Made by a program: the position numbers and the translations under genes. DNA of 64,000 nucleotides from Phoronis australis (lineage: Eukaryota; Animalia; Phoronida): contig NMRA01000001.1 of NCBI GenBank assembly GCA_002633005.1, forward strand, positions 3,696,659 to 3,760,658. The letters run 5' to 3'. Below the pieces are notes generated by a model. That model was not told the origin of the DNA. It did not search any database and saw nothing but the letters and a program-made list of their open reading frames with translations. Below are positions 59,316 to 64,000 of the stretch, piece by piece. How positions within the stretch are numbered: the stretch's first letter is position 1; the number at the start of each line of letters is the position of its first letter.

Positions 59316-61258
59316 ACAGCTGTTACCATCTCACTACTTATCTACCGTTTGAACAAACTCATTGGCTGTATTGGTCATTGCAGTTAAAATTTTAGTATCC
59401 CATGTGCAAACCTTATTGAGCTAGTTTCAATGGGTCCCCCAGATGAGTATGAAGAGTAGGTTAAGCAGAATGAGAGAGAAAAGCATTTTGTATTCACGCA
59501 AGCAGCAATATGTGGAGTGCTATTGTACGATTGTTGATAGATGAAAAGATTACTGTGTAACTCTTTTTATTCGAGTTGTTTCTGTAGTTGCTTAGATTTT
59601 GAACTAAAATATGTCCGTGTTGTGAGCGTGTGGCAAAAAATGAGATGGGTTTTGCCTCATGTCTCGTTGCAAATGAAGATCTGGCATTTAAAATATTTAT
59701 CTTGTGTTTCTTTGTTGTTGCGACGGATAAGACTTTAGGTCTATTGTCACATGATTTGTTTCCGGCGTAGTCCATCATTAAGTTTTAGGTGTCAATTAAA
59801 ATTAAGTTTGCTATCCCCTTGCACCATGAAAACACAAAATTCATACAACTCGAAACATTTTATTTGCATTCTTTTGACTAATAAAAGAATTAGTTTTTCA
59901 GTTGTAACCAAAATGAGCATGTTTGATTGTGGCTTTCCTCGTCAGACGAGTGAGGGTACAACTAAGGGATGAGATTTTTTAGAGACAGTAAATTAAATAT
60001 ATTGTCTTAGAATGTGCGACCAGTGTATTGTTTAGATGGGAGACTATTACAGGACTGTCAGTAATGAACAGAGTGTAAACTATGTGTTGGACTAGCATTA
60101 GTCAAATCACTTTGGAATGTGATGGTTTTCACTACAAGCACTCGTGTCTGCTGGACACAAAAACTTGCATTTAAGTTGCTGATGTAATATGTCAAAATGG
60201 AAAAAGTTGTATTGCCCTTTTTATTAAATTTTTAAAATTCAGGTCCTGTGAATTGTTGAACTGTTTGTACTGCACTGTATGTTTGTGCTTAAGAAATTTA
60301 AGTTTGGCACCTTCTAACTTTTTATTGTTACTTTCTTAGGTGTTCTTTAGTCTACAAGATTTCGGTATGAACAGAGAGCAGTGATTACTTCAGACTCACC
60401 CTAACGAGCAGATCAACAATAACAGCACAGAGTTCATGTCATTACAATTGCTATGCTTACAATTTTCTCCTGTCATATTAACAGTAACAAAGAGGAGGCC
60501 AAAAAGCTTGTAGTTCTGGTCTGCCCACTCATTTTGAAATCTAAAGGTTTTTCACATTAGCATCAATTTCAGCCTAACAAAAGCTAACAAACTTTAAACA
60601 CAGTCGCTTAGCAAGTGAGCCATGATTATCTGTTGACAATGCTTTGTGTTGCATGCACTAGTGCCCCCCCCCCCCCNCCCCCCCCCCAGGAAAAGTTTTC
60701 AAGTGTTCTTAGTGATTTATTTGCACGATGATGAGATCATACATGTAGACAATAGACATTTAATGCAAGTACCATGAGTTTAAGAAAGCCAGCGCAGATT
60801 TGTGGACATTTTCTTAACGCCTTTCACCAAATGAATAACTATTGTCAACTATAAGTGCTATTTTTGCACCTACTGAACTCTTCTCAGGAGTCGTAACTGA
60901 AAATTTGCATCAACTTATTACATATCATTACCAAACTCCATTTTACGGATTAAATCTACCTTTAGCAGATGGCGAACTGAAAAAAAGGAATGTAAATACA
61001 ACAAAAACATATTTTTTTCAAAAAAGTTGTTCAGATTGAGCAAAACATGAAATTTTGCTTTCCATTCACAAATTGGACATGTTACTTCGCCTGGTTATAT
61101 AAAGAGTAAAACTCGCACAAGTTGTTCTAACTTAGACCAAGTTTTAGGAGTACGGTAAAATATCACCAATTTAGAGCGAAATTAATTGCCAATACTAATC
61201 TTTTGCAATTTTCAATGGCTTTTAACGTTGTGGACACCCACCCGCTAATTTGCAGTAT

Positions 61259-63859
61259 TTAACTTGAACGTGAAAGTGAATTTAATTTTGGTGCTACATG
61301 CGTCTCGTGGAAAAAAAGTTTCACATGTTGGCCATATAGTGTTCTAAAGTGGTGACATTTTACTGAAACCTCAATTTTTATGCTTGAACTTTCAGATTTG
61401 TCCTCGCTATGACAAAATCTCCGGGTCCAGTTACGTACGACTTGTGCAAGTATAGCTATATTGCAAAGGTGGAAGTCATTGCTTAATTTCTGTCTAGTGA
61501 AGCGATTACATAGCAGGATTGTGATCACACCTCTGGCAGTAATTCTTTTGCATTCTCCAACGTGTCTTACACCATAGAATTCTACAAATTGCACGCTCCC
61601 CTTCGTGTGCGCTGAACTAGAATGCATTAAGTATACCACAAATAAAAGGCTACAAACCATTTTCAAGTTGGTATAAAAACCAGCAAAATGTTTTCCCAGT
61701 ACCTATAAAAAGAGGAATCGTACCCATAAATTTATAAATTAACCAAAGAGTGCTAACATGTATTATCCAATCACTAATTTAAGTGCTTAAAACCACCATT
61801 TGCCTTGTTTTGACAAGTGACTACATTTAGGGCTTGGCATGACCAATGACAAAAAAGAGGAAAATTTCCCAAGTGAGGTATCGTTCCACAAATAGGCTTG
61901 TGCGATGGAAATATTTTTGTGTTAAAAATGTAACTGAAATAAACATTTGTTGCGGGAAGTCAAGATAATGATAAAAACGAGACGAAAAAGAGGACACTAA
62001 AAGTCAAATAAGAGGAAATCGAAACCAAAAAAGAGGAAATCCTCTTTGAAAAGGAACCTTTCCAAGCCCTGCACATTGTCAACATCATTAAACCTTACTC
62101 TATAGCAGCGCACATCACGACCAGGAGTTCAACATCCCAAAAATGAATGTTTCTTAGCTCCAGGGACACGAAAGTGATGTATGAATGAACCCAGAGCCAG
62201 CGTGACGTGTCCACCAACATGCGAGTTTCTTGTACAACTTGTGCCACATCCATGCTTCTCCGACGTTTCGCAGTAAATTGAAGAGCCACAGCGTGCTCAA
62301 ATACCAAATTGCCGCAACCACTACAAACCCATCGCCTCTCCATTCCTTATTATACCATACACCATAGGAAAATGAGCAGCAAAATGCAACGACTTTTCAC
62401 ACTAACCACAAAGGAGGATGACAAACTCTGAGATTGGCGTCCCAATTCTACGCATTATGTATCGTCAAATACATGCTTTTAACTAGAGTTCATCTAATCG
62501 ACATATCAGCAGATAGTGTTTGTAGGTGTTCAACTGGTGGGGTTGTTTTTAGTGTTTTTGACATAAAATTGGTGGTTTTAAGCACTTTAAGCTGTGTAGG
62601 TAAAGTTTTGAAAATCTAGTATAGCTGAACTAGTTATAGATGGTTAACATGTTGAGGTGTGCATTGTGAAGTAATTGCGTTACAGAATACTGCATCTGAA
62701 GCAAGTATTATTAACATTGCGAGTTCGATTCGTACCACATATTTCGTGTAGGGCCCAATTGTCTTAGCTTTTCTCTAACATGAAAGTTATTTTACAGTGT
62801 CACAGGCACAATTATTGTACAGACATATCAAGATGAAATTTAAATGATGTGTACTCTACTCACAAGAAAACACAAACACAACATTCAATTTGACAAGACA
62901 CTTACAAGACAGACATTTGTAGTTCTCATCAATGACTTTGTTGACACTTCTCAGTGTCTTAAAATAATTAGAATGCACCAACAATAACTTAAATAACAAA
63001 AATAAATACTGTATCGTCCTTGTAGCCAATTGTACCCACATGACAAGAATTACAAATCATTGCATAAAATATTACTTAAATATCAGTTGGAAATAACAAT
63101 CCCACATTATGATACCAAAACAAAAATTCATTTGACATCTATACTATTTACATACTAAATTCTTATTTGTCATCATACACAGTAATCAACCAGACTGTGC
63201 CTAGGTCCAATACCATTCAAACGAAACTATGGGATGAAAACCAAAGAGAAAAACGATAAAGAGATCACCAGTCAAAGATAGCATAATTAGTACATATAAT
63301 AGTTACAATGTGAGACCTATGTGCAGAGATGAATTATAGTTTCGTGTATTGTAAACCACAACAAGCACTTGGTAGGAAAACTGTAATAACGGTATTCAAC
63401 AGCCCACAAACCAGCAAATCTGGACGGCTGTCTATCAAGCACTGCTAAATGTTATTCTGATGTACGGCAGTTGATTACCATAGTTGCATGTGTCACCTCT
63501 TCCAGATGTCGTCGATGGCAAAGTCCATGTCTTCTAAACCTTTCAGCGACCGGACATTCCCACAGTAGAATGCTAAGTCTGCGGTAACAAGCCTACGGTA
63601 ACAAGAAAATGTATTTGTGGTGAATGTTGAAACAAACTGCATGCCCAATATTTTTAATCAATCATCAAGTCAAAAGTGCTTCACAGTATTACTACACGCG
63701 CCATGGATATACGTCATTCTACCGACCTCCCAAAGCTTAAGCTTGAATATCCTAAAGCACTTACCCATGCTGTGGGCCTCCGTCATTAGCAACATTGAAC
63801 TTGACTAACTGAGTTTTAAGATTGGTCTTGAAGCATTCATTGATCTTTGTAAATAACGT
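61259..63859 (-). pseudogene. Candidate multi-exon gene or pseudogene, weakly LRRC41/MUF1-like
   Basis: Exon-like blocks with AG/GT boundaries at 63859-63765, 63578-63497, about 62958-62907, about 62775-62099 and about 61617-61259. Peptides LEDMDFAIDDIWKRH and SLELRNIHFWDVELLVVMCAAIDSAHTKGSVQFVEFYG recall LRRC41, but the best phase-consistent path contains in-frame stops. Confidence 0.35.
61828..62071. mobile_element. hAT-like MITE, relative of 49582-50088
   Basis: TAGGGCTTGGCATGACCAATGACAAAAAA ... TTCCAAGCCCTG. Flanks tacatt / cacatt (6 bp, one mismatch). Confidence 0.75.
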
Positions 63860-64000
63860 CTGCAACAAAGGTGTATAATTGATACCCTGAGCACACTGAA
63901 TAGTATTACATTATAGTATCACAGTATAGTATCACATTATAAGGCACGACTAAGAACAGAATACTGGAATTTAAAAGTTTAGCTGCACAAGACCTCGTAC

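Noticed and set aside
60664-60687. Poly-C tract as a G-quadruplex or regulatory element
   Set aside because: It contains an N, so homopolymer length is unreliable; probably a scaffolding junction.

Overview
AT-rich, intron-rich animal genomic DNA, probably a marine invertebrate; the taxon cannot be fixed from sequence alone, and the six-frame ORF track is mostly noise. Splicing by hand gives four conserved housekeeping genes: the 5' part of MRPL9 (minus, runs off the left edge), head-to-head with a complete 9-exon COMMD4 (plus, 200 aa), a complete 4-exon riboflavin kinase RFK (minus, 181 aa) and a complete 15-exon UDP-glucose pyrophosphorylase UGP2 (plus, about 516 aa). A decayed multi-exon gene candidate, weakly LRRC41/MUF1-like, lies at the right edge. 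Introns carry many non-autonomous DNA transposons: a Kolobok-type element with a THAP remnant, a TA-flanked CCGTA-ended element, 6-bp-TSD hAT-like MITEs, Harbinger-like MITEs and long fold-back elements, plus SINE-like and tandem repeats. Most notable are a U12-type intron in UGP2, a 20-nt microexon with up to three alternative UGP2 N-termini (one possibly from a promoter shared with RFK), a splice-created uORF in MRPL9, a decayed copy of the UGP2 nucleotide-binding exon, and a 1.1-kb duplication around an N that looks like two haplotypes. I found no convincing evidence for a wholly new biological system. All homology calls are from recall of protein families, not database searches.
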